Below, one piece after another: positions 38,260-47,358 of a stretch of DNA of 64,000 bases. The notes below the pieces were generated by a model. It was not told where the DNA came from. It made no database searches and saw only the letters and a list, made by a program, of their open reading frames with translations. The stretch comes from a virus, in IMG/VR virus record IMGVR_UViG_3300030419_007131, positions 64,001-128,000 of that record; one strand, 5' to 3'. The position numbers and the translations under genes were made by a program. Within the stretch, counting starts at the first letter, position 1, and every line of letters starts with the position of its first letter.

Positions 38260-39426
38260 TTATACAGTAAAGGTATCCGCCGGTGATGTCCCAGAACGAT
38301 TGGCCCCGAACCTATGATTGCGGGTATGATCAGTTTCTCCCACCGACCAATGCCAGTATTCATTTGAAATTCGTCGCAGGCCGGCATCATATAACGCCTG
38401 ATAAATAGGCCCGTGAGCCAATATATCTGCTCTTTGAGTTGGGTTCTGGGCGATATCGAGGGCTTGTCCGTGAGTATGATAGCCTTTACACGGATGTGCC
38501 AGGTCGCCTGCTTTAACTTGTCCTGGCTGACCCTTTGTCATGTAGGCCTGCTTTTGAACTTGATACGAGCGATAAGAATCACCAATGATCAACTCTATGC
38601 CTTGTCTTTGCAAATCTAAATACGCAGTTTCAACTTTCCTAACAAACGACTCTTTTCCTCTAATATAGCCCCCATACGCATTCGGAACAATCGCAGACTT
38701 CACAATAGGCTCATTAAGAATCCCCTGAGGCGGATTCATACCGGTTCTAGAGTCGGAGCACCCCTCTGCTGTAGCTGGGACTAGGCGCCCGCGGGAATCA
38801 ATCTGATCATCCACATTGCTAGAGTCACGGCCTGGGGAAACCCACGGAGGGCCAGATGCATGAACCGAGGAAGCGTTTTCTTCATCTTGTGCGAGATCAA
38901 TTACTTTACCAACTTTAACAATCAGAGGGTTGTGTAAAGTCTTGAAGTTTTCAAATACGACAGTCACAAGCTGTCCATAACTAAGTTGTTTTGGGCTTTG
39001 CTCGGGATGCCGGACAAGCTGATAAGTCTGGATCACGGGGTCGGTGGGGCTTCTTGGCGCGGGGCGAGGCTCTATCTCTGGAATAAACACATAATATGCC
39101 GTCTCATTACCGTCACTTAACATGTTCTTAAAGATATCTGCCACGCGGCTGAACAGATTCATTTTGGCATAGCTGTCTAGCCAGGTTTCTTTATTGCCCA
39201 ATACTATACTAGGAACCTCCTTAGATCCTACTACAATCCCATCATATTGATTAATTTTTTCCAGAGCGCTGGGGCTGACTGTGTGGTATGTGGCGCGGCG
39301 CAACCATTCAATATTGGTTGTGCGGCGAACGTCGCCGGCGCCATCTATGGAGGTGTCGGCCGTATCGTTTAAGGTACCCTGCTTAAGTTTATCTAAGCTT
39401 AGTTTGGACCCCGAATCAGCAGACAT
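38260..39426 (-). CDS. baseplate hub protein with C-terminal M15-family Zn peptidoglycan peptidase
   Basis: DSYRSYQVQ, HTHGQALD and NEYWHW match the M15 (VanY/VanX-like) Zn ligand and catalytic pattern. Confidence 0.75.
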   Translation of the reverse strand: MSADSGSKLSLDKLKQGTLNDTADTSIDGAGDVRRTTNIEWLRRATYHTVSPSALEKINQYDGIVVGSKEVPSIVLGNKETWLDSYAKMNLFSRVADIFKNMLSDGNETAYYVFIPEIEPRPAPRSPTDPVIQTYQLVRHPEQSPKQLSYGQLVTVVFENFKTLHNPLIVKVGKVIDLAQDEENASSVHASGPPWVSPGRDSSNVDDQIDSRGRLVPATAEGCSDSRTGMNPPQGILNEPIVKSAIVPNAYGGYIRGKESFVRKVETAYLDLQRQGIELIIGDSYRSYQVQKQAYMTKGQPGQVKAGDLAHPCKGYHTHGQALDIAQNPTQRADILAHGPIYQALYDAGLRRISNEYWHWSVGETDHTRNHRFGANRSGTSPADTFTV

Positions 39427-39427
39427 A

Positions 39428-39733
39428 TCAGCCGTCTTCCTCGGTATTTAATAAATCATAAAGCTGTTCTTTATCATCAGCCGTGAGACCAAACTTAGTG
39501 TTTGTCTGTTTTTGAAGCAGCCCGGTAAGCTTAACGAGTTGTTCGTTGGAACGCTGGAGGTTTTCGACGTATTTGGCTGCTATGGGGCCCAGCTCTTTGC
39601 GCGCGGCGTCCGACAGTTTCATGTCGTTGATAGCATCTAAAAGCAGAGCTTTGGCCATGGCACGGTCCTCGCGTATATTCGTTGTTGTTTCTTCTATGTA
39701 ATCATCAAGATTTAAATTTCGCCGTTTTCCCAT
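39428..39733 (-). CDS. hypothetical protein
   Basis: 101 aa helical ORF overlapping the end of the sigma factor gene. Confidence 0.6.
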   Translation of the reverse strand: MGKRRNLNLDDYIEETTTNIREDRAMAKALLLDAINDMKLSDAARKELGPIAAKYVENLQRSNEQLVKLTGLLQKQTNTKFGLTADDKEQLYDLLNTEEDG

Positions 39734-40407
39734 TTTCCTTTAAATACCCTATACCTTTTTCTGAGTTTGTTAAGATTATTGACAACCTGCTTAGTGTTTA
39801 GTCCTGTGATTTCTCTCAAGTATAAGTAAATAGCTTTTTTATTAAAAATTTCTATGGTATCGGCTGAGTCCATGAGTATTCGTACAGCCATCAAAACCTT
39901 TTTTTCATTTTCTTTTAACATGAAAGAATCCCAGGTGTCAATTTCTCTGTATAGCGAACTCCAAAACTCGACTTCAGTTCTTTTCTGTTCATATGTGGGG
40001 TCCGCAGAAACCAAGTCTTCTTCGAGTTCGTTTAAAACGTCCTCCATAAAAACCTCTGTCTGGTTCCGTTTTTGAGTTTTTTTAACTTTATGAATAAACC
40101 AGTTTTTGGTTACTACTGAAAAGTAGGAAAAGGCTTTTGATCCTTTGTCGGGATCATATTTGTTTAGAATAGTGGTGAGCCACACTTTGCAATCGTCTTT
40201 TAAATAATCTATGTTAGGCAGACTAGTAAATCTATATGTATAGATAATTTTGTCCACCATTTGATCGAAAGCTGGCTGTATATACTCTATATAGAGTTTT
40301 GATCTTAACTCAAGATCGTTGCTACCGGCATATTTAACGATGGCATCTTCATGAATTTTAGTAAAATAATGATTTTTAGTAGATTTCTTCTTTTTCCGTT
40401 GCGCCAT
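39712..40407 (-). CDS. late-transcription RNA polymerase sigma factor (T4 gp55-like)
   Basis: KNHYF...KIIYTYRF...YDPDKGSKAFSYFSVVTKNWFI resembles sigma region 2 / gp55. Lies directly upstream of the structural block. Confidence 0.8.
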   Translation of the reverse strand: MAQRKKKKSTKNHYFTKIHEDAIVKYAGSNDLELRSKLYIEYIQPAFDQMVDKIIYTYRFTSLPNIDYLKDDCKVWLTTILNKYDPDKGSKAFSYFSVVTKNWFIHKVKKTQKRNQTEVFMEDVLNELEEDLVSADPTYEQKRTEVEFWSSLYREIDTWDSFMLKENEKKVLMAVRILMDSADTIEIFNKKAIYLYLREITGLNTKQVVNNLNKLRKRYRVFKGKWENGEI

Positions 40408-40705
40408 CCAGTTCGTCCTCTAGTTCGTTGTCTAATGTATATTGAAAAATCTCTCGAAAACCTTCTATCTCGTCTGTCACCTCTCGTGTACGCACAACTA
40501 AGTTTTCTATCACAGGCTCGCCGTGGTAGCTGTCCATGCTGTACATGTCACTAACGAACACTTGAAATGCCTTCGTAGTTAAAAATAGGTCGGACAAGTT
40601 TTCAGATATAAAAAGAAACTTTCTTAACAGCTTAATCACATACCATATCAGCAGGCCATTCAAGATAAGAGAGGATGCCATAATAATATAAACCCACATC
40701 ATCAT
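40376..40705 (-). CDS. hypothetical membrane protein
   Basis: 109 aa with an N-terminal hydrophobic helix (WVYIIMASSLILNGLLIWYVI). Confidence 0.6.
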   Translation of the reverse strand: MMMWVYIIMASSLILNGLLIWYVIKLLRKFLFISENLSDLFLTTKAFQVFVSDMYSMDSYHGEPVIENLVVRTREVTDEIEGFREIFQYTLDNELEDELDGATEKEEIY

Positions 40706-40950
40706 CGTTCCTCATTTATTTCTTGTTTTTGGCGCGCAAGATCGCCCCGAGCATCCTGAATAAATTCTTCTGTCAGGTCGCCCACGCGGCGTTTAGCTTC
40801 TTTTTTGACATTTGTACTAAACGTCGTTAGCAATTTAACGAGCGTGTCTTTTTCGTTACACTGTATGCAATCTGCCGCACTTTCGTGCGACAGATGCTGA
40901 ATTGTTAATATCTCATTGCAGTGGCCACATTTATATTGGTAGCGTGGCAC
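40702..40950 (-). CDS. FmdB-family zinc-ribbon protein
   Basis: MPRYQYKCGHC...CIQC motif. Confidence 0.8.
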   Translation of the reverse strand: MPRYQYKCGHCNEILTIQHLSHESAADCIQCNEKDTLVKLLTTFSTNVKKEAKRRVGDLTEEFIQDARGDLARQKQEINEER

Positions 40951-40953
40951 GTG

Positions 40954-41127
40954 CTACCGCTTGGTCTCTAGCTGGACCAATCGCTCGTGAATACTGTTAA
41001 GGTGTGCTTCCAGGTCTCGTGCTTGTTGTTGCACAGCCTCGCGAACCATATCTTCTGCGATTTCGCGAGCGCGGCCTTCGGTCACCGAACGCTTCTCATT
41101 CTTTGTAGTTTTTCTAGTCGGCATCAT
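40954..41127 (-). CDS. small hypothetical coiled-coil protein (57 aa, not in ORF track)
   Basis: AGGAG SD, then ATG 41127: MMPTRKTTKNEKRSVTEGRAREIAEDMVREAVQQQARDLEAHLNSIHERLVQLETKR, TAG stop. Fills the gap between its neighbours. Confidence 0.7.
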   Translation of the reverse strand: MMPTRKTTKNEKRSVTEGRAREIAEDMVREAVQQQARDLEAHLNSIHERLVQLETKR

Positions 41128-41344
41128 TATTCTCCTCTCTCAAAAATTCAACCTCTTCATCAAGAGTTACTCCCTCAAAAGAGACAACCGGCGGATTAGT
41201 AACCACCAGTGTGGAGTGACTTTGATCATCAGGGGCAACCTGAAAATTCATTTCTTTCAACATTGGAACAATGTCACTCTGCTCCATTAATGACTTCTGA
41301 AGGGCCATCATTAGTGCCCCTACGGCTTGATCTGTTAATTTCAT
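41114..41344 (-). CDS. hypothetical protein
   Basis: 76 aa with a strong AGGAGAGG SD. Confidence 0.7.
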   Translation of the reverse strand: MKLTDQAVGALMMALQKSLMEQSDIVPMLKEMNFQVAPDDQSHSTLVVTNPPVVSFEGVTLDEEVEFLREENNDAD

Positions 41345-41357
41345 AGTTTCCTCTCCT

Positions 41358-42308
41358 TTACCAATGAAAATTTTCCTTATAATAATCTACAATTGCGCCA
41401 ATTTCATCATCAAAAATCTTTTGCGGACTCCAACCTAAGCTTCGAAGTTTTTCATCATTTAATGAATATCTAACGTCTTGGCCCGGTCGGCGGTAGTCTA
41501 AGTTGGTAAACTGTTCCAATTCTACCTCTTTCTCAAAGAAATGTTTAAGGATTTTTTTTACTGTTTCGACGTTTTTTTGTTCAAAACTTCCTGCCACATT
41601 GTAAATTTCATTTCGTGCGCCGCTTTCAATAATAGTTGTTACGGCGGTTGCGGTATCCGAGGCATGAAGCCAGTTCCTCACTGGCTCGCCTCGATCATGA
41701 AGACGTATTTTCTTGCCTCGCTGTAGCAACTTAATGCTTAGCGGAACAAGTTTCTCTGCATGCTGATATACTCCATAATTATTGGTGGGACGTAAAATAA
41801 TATACTCTAAAGCATATGTTCTAGCCCATGCCTTGATTAGCATATCGGACGCGGCCTTAGACGCCGAATATGGATTGCTCGGCTTCAGTACGTCTCTCTC
41901 AGTATGAGACCCCTCCGCAATATCTCCATACACCTCATCTGTACTGAAGTGGAAAAAGACCGGGGCCTCACAAACATTTGTAGGCTTATACCTAATGATA
42001 TCTAATAAATTTTTTACCCCATTCACGTTCGTGTGAAGGAAGTCGTCACTGTCTATAATACTGTTTCCCACATGTGTTTCTGCGGCAATATTAATAACAT
42101 AGTCACAATCGGGAAGACTCGTTAGGGTTGCAATGTCCTCGTTTTTAAAAGTGAAGCGAGGGTGCGCCTCAAAATCGGCCAATAAATGAAGGTTTGCGGC
42201 GTAGGTGCACTTATCGATTCCATAAACGCGCCAGCCCTTGTCCAAGCAAGCGCGAGTCACATAAGACCCGATAAACCCTAAACATCCCGTTATTACGACG
42301 AGCTTCAT
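41358..42308 (-). CDS. rmlB: dTDP-glucose 4,6-dehydratase
   Basis: ITGCLGFIGS, IDKCTYAAN, AAETHV, STDEVYG, YSASK, NNYG and RNWLH motifs. Confidence 0.9.
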   Translation of the reverse strand: MKLVVITGCLGFIGSYVTRACLDKGWRVYGIDKCTYAANLHLLADFEAHPRFTFKNEDIATLTSLPDCDYVINIAAETHVGNSIIDSDDFLHTNVNGVKNLLDIIRYKPTNVCEAPVFFHFSTDEVYGDIAEGSHTERDVLKPSNPYSASKAASDMLIKAWARTYALEYIILRPTNNYGVYQHAEKLVPLSIKLLQRGKKIRLHDRGEPVRNWLHASDTATAVTTIIESGARNEIYNVAGSFEQKNVETVKKILKHFFEKEVELEQFTNLDYRRPGQDVRYSLNDEKLRSLGWSPQKIFDDEIGAIVDYYKENFHW

Positions 42309-42671
42309 CTAATCACCTTTAATAACTCTATGGCTATCGCTATCGAAATGCTGAGTTGAAAACTCGAACAACTCGGTGTCTTCTAGCGCAATCATCTGGT
42401 GCCTAAGGCCGCGTTGAACATGAAAATTGTCTCCGCGACTTAACACAATCTCATTAGCGTTGTCCAGATCGTCTTGGTCCGAATATTTAAGCAAGATTTT
42501 TCCCGACTGAATGTAAAATACTTCGTCTTTTATCACGTGATAATGCCATGAACATCTCTTGCCTTTTACAAAATACAGCAACTTCCCACAATACTCACTG
42601 CAATTTACGATCCACTTTTCAAAGCCCCATCCTTTGGGCACAAATTTAATCGGTAAAGAACTCATTATCAT
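42309..42671 (-). CDS. cupin-fold sugar isomerase-like protein
   Basis: VPKGWGFE...CSWHYHVIKDEVFY...LRHQM cupin metal-binding motif. Confidence 0.75.
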   Translation of the reverse strand: MIMSSLPIKFVPKGWGFEKWIVNCSEYCGKLLYFVKGKRCSWHYHVIKDEVFYIQSGKILLKYSDQDDLDNANEIVLSRGDNFHVQRGLRHQMIALEDTELFEFSTQHFDSDSHRVIKGD

Positions 42672-42966
42672 TTATTCCTTTATCGTCAACATACACATCT
42701 CCGGACGGCTTGCCCAAAAATAGGGAATGGTACTTGACACCCCATTCTGCTAGCTGCTTCTGTGTCACATCAAAGAACTTAGCATACGCGTAAGCTTCGG
42801 AGTTGCCGCTGCGTCCCATGCCTCGTGCCGTTTGAAATATAATTGTGTGCCCCTCGTCATAAAGTTGGTTAACCTTTTCGATCCTGTCAGTCAAAGGGGT
42901 AGAGTTCTCGTAGTCGCTGTTGGCATTATCACAGATTGTGCCGTCAATATCAAATACATATACCAT
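42646..42966 (-). CDS. HAD-superfamily phosphatase (capsule-biosynthesis BcbF-like)
   Basis: VFDIDGTI, QTARG and GKP...YVDDK motifs. Confidence 0.85.
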   Translation of the reverse strand: MVYVFDIDGTICDNANSDYENSTPLTDRIEKVNQLYDEGHTIIFQTARGMGRSGNSEAYAYAKFFDVTQKQLAEWGVKYHSLFLGKPSGDVYVDDKGINDNEFFTD

Positions 42967-43355
42967 TACATGGTCTCCAAAATGCGCGTGGTAGAATATC
43001 CCTCAACAAACTGAAATATCCTCACCGATGCTAGGTCGCTCCCAACCACTTGATCTGCTGTATAATCGCCACCTTTGACTATTATATCAGGTTCCACTTG
43101 CTTTATTAACTCGTACGGAGTATTCTCGTCGAACACCTCTACTCTGTCCACATAGCGACAGCCTTCAAGCATTACCTTACGGTCTTCAACATTGAAGAAG
43201 GGTCGACTGGGGCCTTTAAGTCTTCGGACGCTGTCGTCACTATTTAAACCCACAACTACAGTCCCCAGTGATTTGCAATATTTAAGCAACTCCATGTGTC
43301 CTCGGTGCAATATATCAAAACACCCATTCGTAAAGATTAGTTTAGTAGTTGGCAT
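42966..43355 (-). CDS. D-glycero-beta-D-manno-heptose 1-phosphate nucleotidyltransferase (HldE/RfaE domain II)
   Basis: FTNGCFDILHRGH, GLNSDDSVRRLKG..RP, VKGGDY and FVEGYSTT. Confidence 0.9.
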   Translation of the reverse strand: MPTTKLIFTNGCFDILHRGHMELLKYCKSLGTVVVGLNSDDSVRRLKGPSRPFFNVEDRKVMLEGCRYVDRVEVFDENTPYELIKQVEPDIIVKGGDYTADQVVGSDLASVRIFQFVEGYSTTRILETM

Positions 43356-44268
43356 ACCAGGGGCTCTCGATAATAGAATAGGTCGTTATCAGCTGTTTGA
43401 TACCGTCATCCAAATCAAAAGCACAAGTATATCCCCTCGAATAAATCTTCTCACTACTCACAATATAATCACGAGTATCAGGATCGCTAGTAAATTCCGC
43501 GCGAATTATTTCAAGTGGAAGGTGCTTCTGAATTGTCTCGGCGAGCTGCAACTTATTCATATTCAAAACATCATTGCCTACATTAAAGGTTTCCCCGGTA
43601 CATGCATCCCAGTTATCGAGCACAAATTTGAACGCATTGCATACGTCATGAATATGCACATAATTCCTCATAAATTCGCACTCATAGAGCACCAGTACAC
43701 GGTCTCGTAAAGTTCGTAACACAAAGTTATTAACGAGCAAATCGGTGCGCATGCGAGAAGATGGGCCGTAAACAGTCGCCAAACGGAACGTTACGCAGTT
43801 CACAGCGCTCCTGTAGGCGTTTTCAGCGTCAACCTTGGTTCTACCATACAGAGACACGGGATTGAGCGGAGATTCCTCTGTGCGGACTGTACCGTCTTCG
43901 CTGGTGCCATACCCTGAGTTGGTGCATGGATAGATCACCTTTTGCTCCGGAAGCTTGTTGTCGGCGATCCACTGATTAATCTCGTAGTTAATTTCTACAG
44001 CTGCCCGGGGATCCCGGTCGCAAAGTGGGAACCCAACCAATGCGGCCAAAGGAATGATGACATCGCAACCTTCCATGAGCTTTCCCAATAGCTCTCTATC
44101 ACGGACGTCACCGCGCACAAAAGTAAAGTTGGGACTATTAGCGTACCTTAGTAAAGACGTGGCATCGTACATTAAGTTATCGATTACCACCACTTCGTGA
44201 TCATCAATAAAATAGTTCACCAATTCGCTACCAATATAGCCGGCTCCTCCAGTAATTAATATCTTCAT
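43342..44268 (-). CDS. NAD-dependent nucleotide-sugar epimerase/dehydratase
   Basis: TGGAGYIGS, LAALVG, YGRTK (YxxxK), RLATVYG and RNYVH. Confidence 0.9.
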   Translation of the reverse strand: MKILITGGAGYIGSELVNYFIDDHEVVVIDNLMYDATSLLRYANSPNFTFVRGDVRDRELLGKLMEGCDVIIPLAALVGFPLCDRDPRAAVEINYEINQWIADNKLPEQKVIYPCTNSGYGTSEDGTVRTEESPLNPVSLYGRTKVDAENAYRSAVNCVTFRLATVYGPSSRMRTDLLVNNFVLRTLRDRVLVLYECEFMRNYVHIHDVCNAFKFVLDNWDACTGETFNVGNDVLNMNKLQLAETIQKHLPLEIIRAEFTSDPDTRDYIVSSEKIYSRGYTCAFDLDDGIKQLITTYSIIESPWYANY

Positions 44269-44269
44269 T

Positions 44270-44560
44270 TTACCACTCCAACTTTCCGGTTAATATATCT
44301 TTGAGCATTACCCAGTCGCATGCTTTTGCCCACAAAGGCTTAGAAAATGCGGCCGGCTCGTTCTTTTCAAAAAAGAAGTGTCCTGACCATGCGAACGGAT
44401 AAACCACAAAAGGTGTCAGCAACAAAAGCGGCCATGATTTAAAAATGATTGCTGCAACCAAAGTTAATAGTGTAACGCACTGGCCCACTACATGCAATCG
44501 CCTACAAATAGGGTTTTGATGTAAAGTCAGATAATACTCGTAGTATTCTTTAAACGACAC
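44270..44560 (-). CDS. DUF962 / Mpo1-like small membrane protein
   Basis: YYLTLHQNPICRRLHVVG...FAWSGHFFFEKNEPA. GTG start at 44560 after AAGGAGGGG. Confidence 0.75.
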   Translation of the reverse strand: MSFKEYYEYYLTLHQNPICRRLHVVGQCVTLLTLVAAIIFKSWPLLLLTPFVVYPFAWSGHFFFEKNEPAAFSKPLWAKACDWVMLKDILTGKLEW

Positions 44561-45278
44561 CGACGCCCCTCCTTTGGACCACCTCTGTGGCACACTCGTT
44601 TGCAAAGACAATCGCTTGACGAATATCTTGGGTTTCCATATACTTGGCTACCAGGCCGGCCAAAAAAGTATCTCCTGCTCCTGACATATCTTTCACCTCT
44701 ACGTTTTCCACCGGGAACCTCTCGCCCTGGTATTCACACCCTTTCTCTCTCAAAGTAATAATCATGTTATCAGTGTTGTCAACCGTATGTTTCGTACGAT
44801 TGAACTCATATTCATTAATTTTGATAAACTTGGCGCCGGTCGACCAGGGCCCTAGGATCTTTTTTGTGTCCATGAAAACAGTAGAATGATTTTGGCAAAT
44901 AAAAGCAATATCCTCTTCGATCAAAAAGCCCTTATTATAGTCGGATATAACAATAGCATCATATTTTGAAAGAAGTTCTTTCGTTAAGCCCTCAACGCGC
45001 CGAACATCTTCCTCGCCCGTGTCAACGCGTAAAAACATGTAATTGGTTTGCTGGTCCACATACCTAGTTTTTTCGGTTTTCTCAGCGTTACTCATTAAAT
45101 CACAGGCGGTCCCGAGTTGTTGGAGATTAGCTGCTACATTTGCCGCCATTCCTCCGTTGCTGCAGGTTTTCTTGGGAACGAAAACTGGTGCTGGGACGTC
45201 CGGACAAAGGCGCGTACACTCACCATATACAAATACATCAGTACATGCGTCCCCTATAACCAGCGTCTTGCTACTCAT
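44550..45278 (-). CDS. heptose-7-phosphate kinase (HldE/RfaE domain I, PfkB family)
   Basis: VIGD..TDVFVYG...RL.PD.PAPV, GGMAANVA, ISDYNKG and DMSGAGDTF. Confidence 0.85.
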   Translation of the reverse strand: MSSKTLVIGDACTDVFVYGECTRLCPDVPAPVFVPKKTCSNGGMAANVAANLQQLGTACDLMSNAEKTEKTRYVDQQTNYMFLRVDTGEEDVRRVEGLTKELLSKYDAIVISDYNKGFLIEEDIAFICQNHSTVFMDTKKILGPWSTGAKFIKINEYEFNRTKHTVDNTDNMIITLREKGCEYQGERFPVENVEVKDMSGAGDTFLAGLVAKYMETQDIRQAIVFANECATEVVQRRGVGVV

Positions 45279-45681
45279 CTTTCCAGCTAACTTCCCAATC
45301 CTTAAAATCGGCAGCTAAGCAGTCTATCTTATAGTCCTTTCTGCCGCCAACTATCTCTTGAATTTTATTTTTGGCAACGTTGCGGATACCATTTAGCCCA
45401 TGGGTCAACTCTAGATTGTTGCCGTCTTTGATTCCTTTGCGGTAATTAGATTCATTGTGCCAAATATGAAGGTTCATTTGTGATAACACAACAATAGCAC
45501 GAATAGTTTCGCCCGTAATGTTTTCGGAAGAATCCAATATCAATTGAACATCATGAACAATGTCCTTGATTTCCTGGGAATATTCCTCTTTGTGCTCGGG
45601 AATGAAAACTTCTTTAAGCTGTGCGATAGAAAGTCTATCAATCAGCTCTGCTAATGTGGGCAAATATTTTCTTTGACTCAT
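45271..45681 (-). CDS. hypothetical all-helical protein (possibly DUF6165-like)
   Basis: LAELIDRLSIAQLKE...MNLHIWHNE...LNGIRN..KNKI pattern. Family assignment is from recall only. Confidence 0.5.
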   Translation of the reverse strand: MSQRKYLPTLAELIDRLSIAQLKEVFIPEHKEEYSQEIKDIVHDVQLILDSSENITGETIRAIVVLSQMNLHIWHNESNYRKGIKDGNNLELTHGLNGIRNVAKNKIQEIVGGRKDYKIDCLAADFKDWEVSWKDE

Positions 45682-45690
45682 AATCTACCT

Positions 45691-46836
45691 TCACCTAGGG
45701 GCACTACAGTTGGCTAAACCTTCTTTCAACGCAACAATGATTCGGGCGACGTCGTCGTCGCTCAAATACTGATGGCAGCCGATATGAACACCGTTGTCTC
45801 CCACCCATTCAGATTCAGGAAAATCACCCAATGAGTGACCCATGTCTGCAAAAGCCGCATGTTGTGTAGGAATACACCCAAAATTTCTCTTGTGATGAAT
45901 ATTGTGATGATCTAAGGCAGCCTTGATATGTTCAATATCTCCTTCTGTCTTGCACGTCACACTAAATCCATGAGGACAGTTTACATTTCCCTCGTCTTCC
46001 TCGGAAAACCACGCAACGTCTTCAAACCCCACAACGCCAGCGCGCATTTCTTTCATGAAACGATGACGTGTCCAAAATGTATCCCAGAACACACTAAGTG
46101 CTTCGAGGCCGATAGATGCTTCTAGATCGTTCATCTTAGAGTTCAGCCCAGTTCTCAGATGATCAAAATAAATAGAATTGTGTGGGCGGCCGTGTGAGCG
46201 TGTAGAGGTCAGAAGATTGCCGATTTCTTCACTATTAGCCGACACCATACCTCCTTCGCCACAGCACACCAGGTGAGCAATGTAGAAACTGTAAACCGAC
46301 ATGTCGCCCCACTGGCCGACGAGCTTGCCTTTATATCTTGCGCCATGAGCTTCGCACGCATCTTCAATGACGAGAAGATTGTGTCGAGACGCGATATCAC
46401 AGATAACATCCATTTCCGCCATGCGGCCCATCGTGTGCACCGGCATAATAGCTACCGTATTTTCGTTAATAGCCTCTTCAATTTTCGACTCATCAATATT
46501 CAAAGTTTCTCTTTTGACGTCAACAAACTTCGGTACCAGGCCTGCAGCGCGGACTGCATTAGAGGTAGCAATAAACGACAACGCTGGGACGATCACTTCA
46601 CTAACATTTCTTTTGGCGCCCTTCAGATCATACAAAGCCAAGCAAGAGTTTAGTACACCATCCGTACCTGAACTTACAGCAACACTTTGGGTATATTCAA
46701 ATAACTCGTTCCACTGCTTTTCTAAAGCCTTTACTTTCGGACCTCCGGATGCCCAGTTGGTATCGCAAACATCCATAAGATGCTCCCGAGCCAAATCGCC
46801 GATTACTAGTTCACCAAATTCAATTCTTTTTTTCAT
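45691..46836 (-). CDS. DegT-family PLP enzyme, His-type (ColD/RfbH-like NDP-4-keto-6-deoxysugar 3-dehydratase)
   Basis: VSSGT, IEDACEAHG and SFYIAHLVCCGEGG, with His at the canonical Schiff-base Lys position. Confidence 0.8.
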   Translation of the reverse strand: MKKRIEFGELVIGDLAREHLMDVCDTNWASGGPKVKALEKQWNELFEYTQSVAVSSGTDGVLNSCLALYDLKGAKRNVSEVIVPALSFIATSNAVRAAGLVPKFVDVKRETLNIDESKIEEAINENTVAIMPVHTMGRMAEMDVICDIASRHNLLVIEDACEAHGARYKGKLVGQWGDMSVYSFYIAHLVCCGEGGMVSANSEEIGNLLTSTRSHGRPHNSIYFDHLRTGLNSKMNDLEASIGLEALSVFWDTFWTRHRFMKEMRAGVVGFEDVAWFSEEDEGNVNCPHGFSVTCKTEGDIEHIKAALDHHNIHHKRNFGCIPTQHAAFADMGHSLGDFPESEWVGDNGVHIGCHQYLSDDDVARIIVALKEGLANCSAPR

Positions 46837-47357
46837 CTGTATAAATCTCCATGTTCAATTATTAAAGTAGATCGATCGCTGTTTAAAGCTCTCTCGTACG
46901 CAGGCACCACCTCAGGTCCGTACAGCAACTCAACTACATCAATATTGGTACAAGCGCTCCTGAAGCACTCTGTATAGTCCGCTTTATGTTGGTGACCCGG
47001 GTCGAGGGGGTACTGTGATCCCACAACAGCCTTCATGATAACCTTCGGCTTACTCTGACCCACAGACATGGCCTCCCACTTGTCTAGGTGATTTACGATT
47101 TGGTTCATTGCTAAAATGATGAAGTTCATTCTGGGATAAACAGAAACCGGAATGTATCCCTCGATGGCTAGACCTAGGGCGACTCCCGCTTGAAATTCTT
47201 CTGCAACTGGTAGTTCAAGAAGCTTCTCTGGAGGGAAATGCTTCACCTGATGAGTAAGGGCGGTTCCCTTATATTCTACGGCCTGTCCAATAAAAATTGT
47301 TTTGGGATGCTGATTTAGCAATTCCATTCCTTTATACACTTCTTCTTTATAGTTCAT
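46833..47357 (-). CDS. ThDP-dependent enzyme beta subunit (E1-beta / transketolase pyrimidine-binding domain)
   Basis: ELPVAEEFQAGVALGLA, AMNQIVNH, GHQH. Start reassigned to MNYKEE (47357). Confidence 0.8.
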   Translation of the reverse strand: MNYKEEVYKGMELLNQHPKTIFIGQAVEYKGTALTHQVKHFPPEKLLELPVAEEFQAGVALGLAIEGYIPVSVYPRMNFIILAMNQIVNHLDKWEAMSVGQSKPKVIMKAVVGSQYPLDPGHQHKADYTECFRSACTNIDVVELLYGPEVVPAYERALNSDRSTLIIEHGDLYR

Positions 47358-47358
47358 C

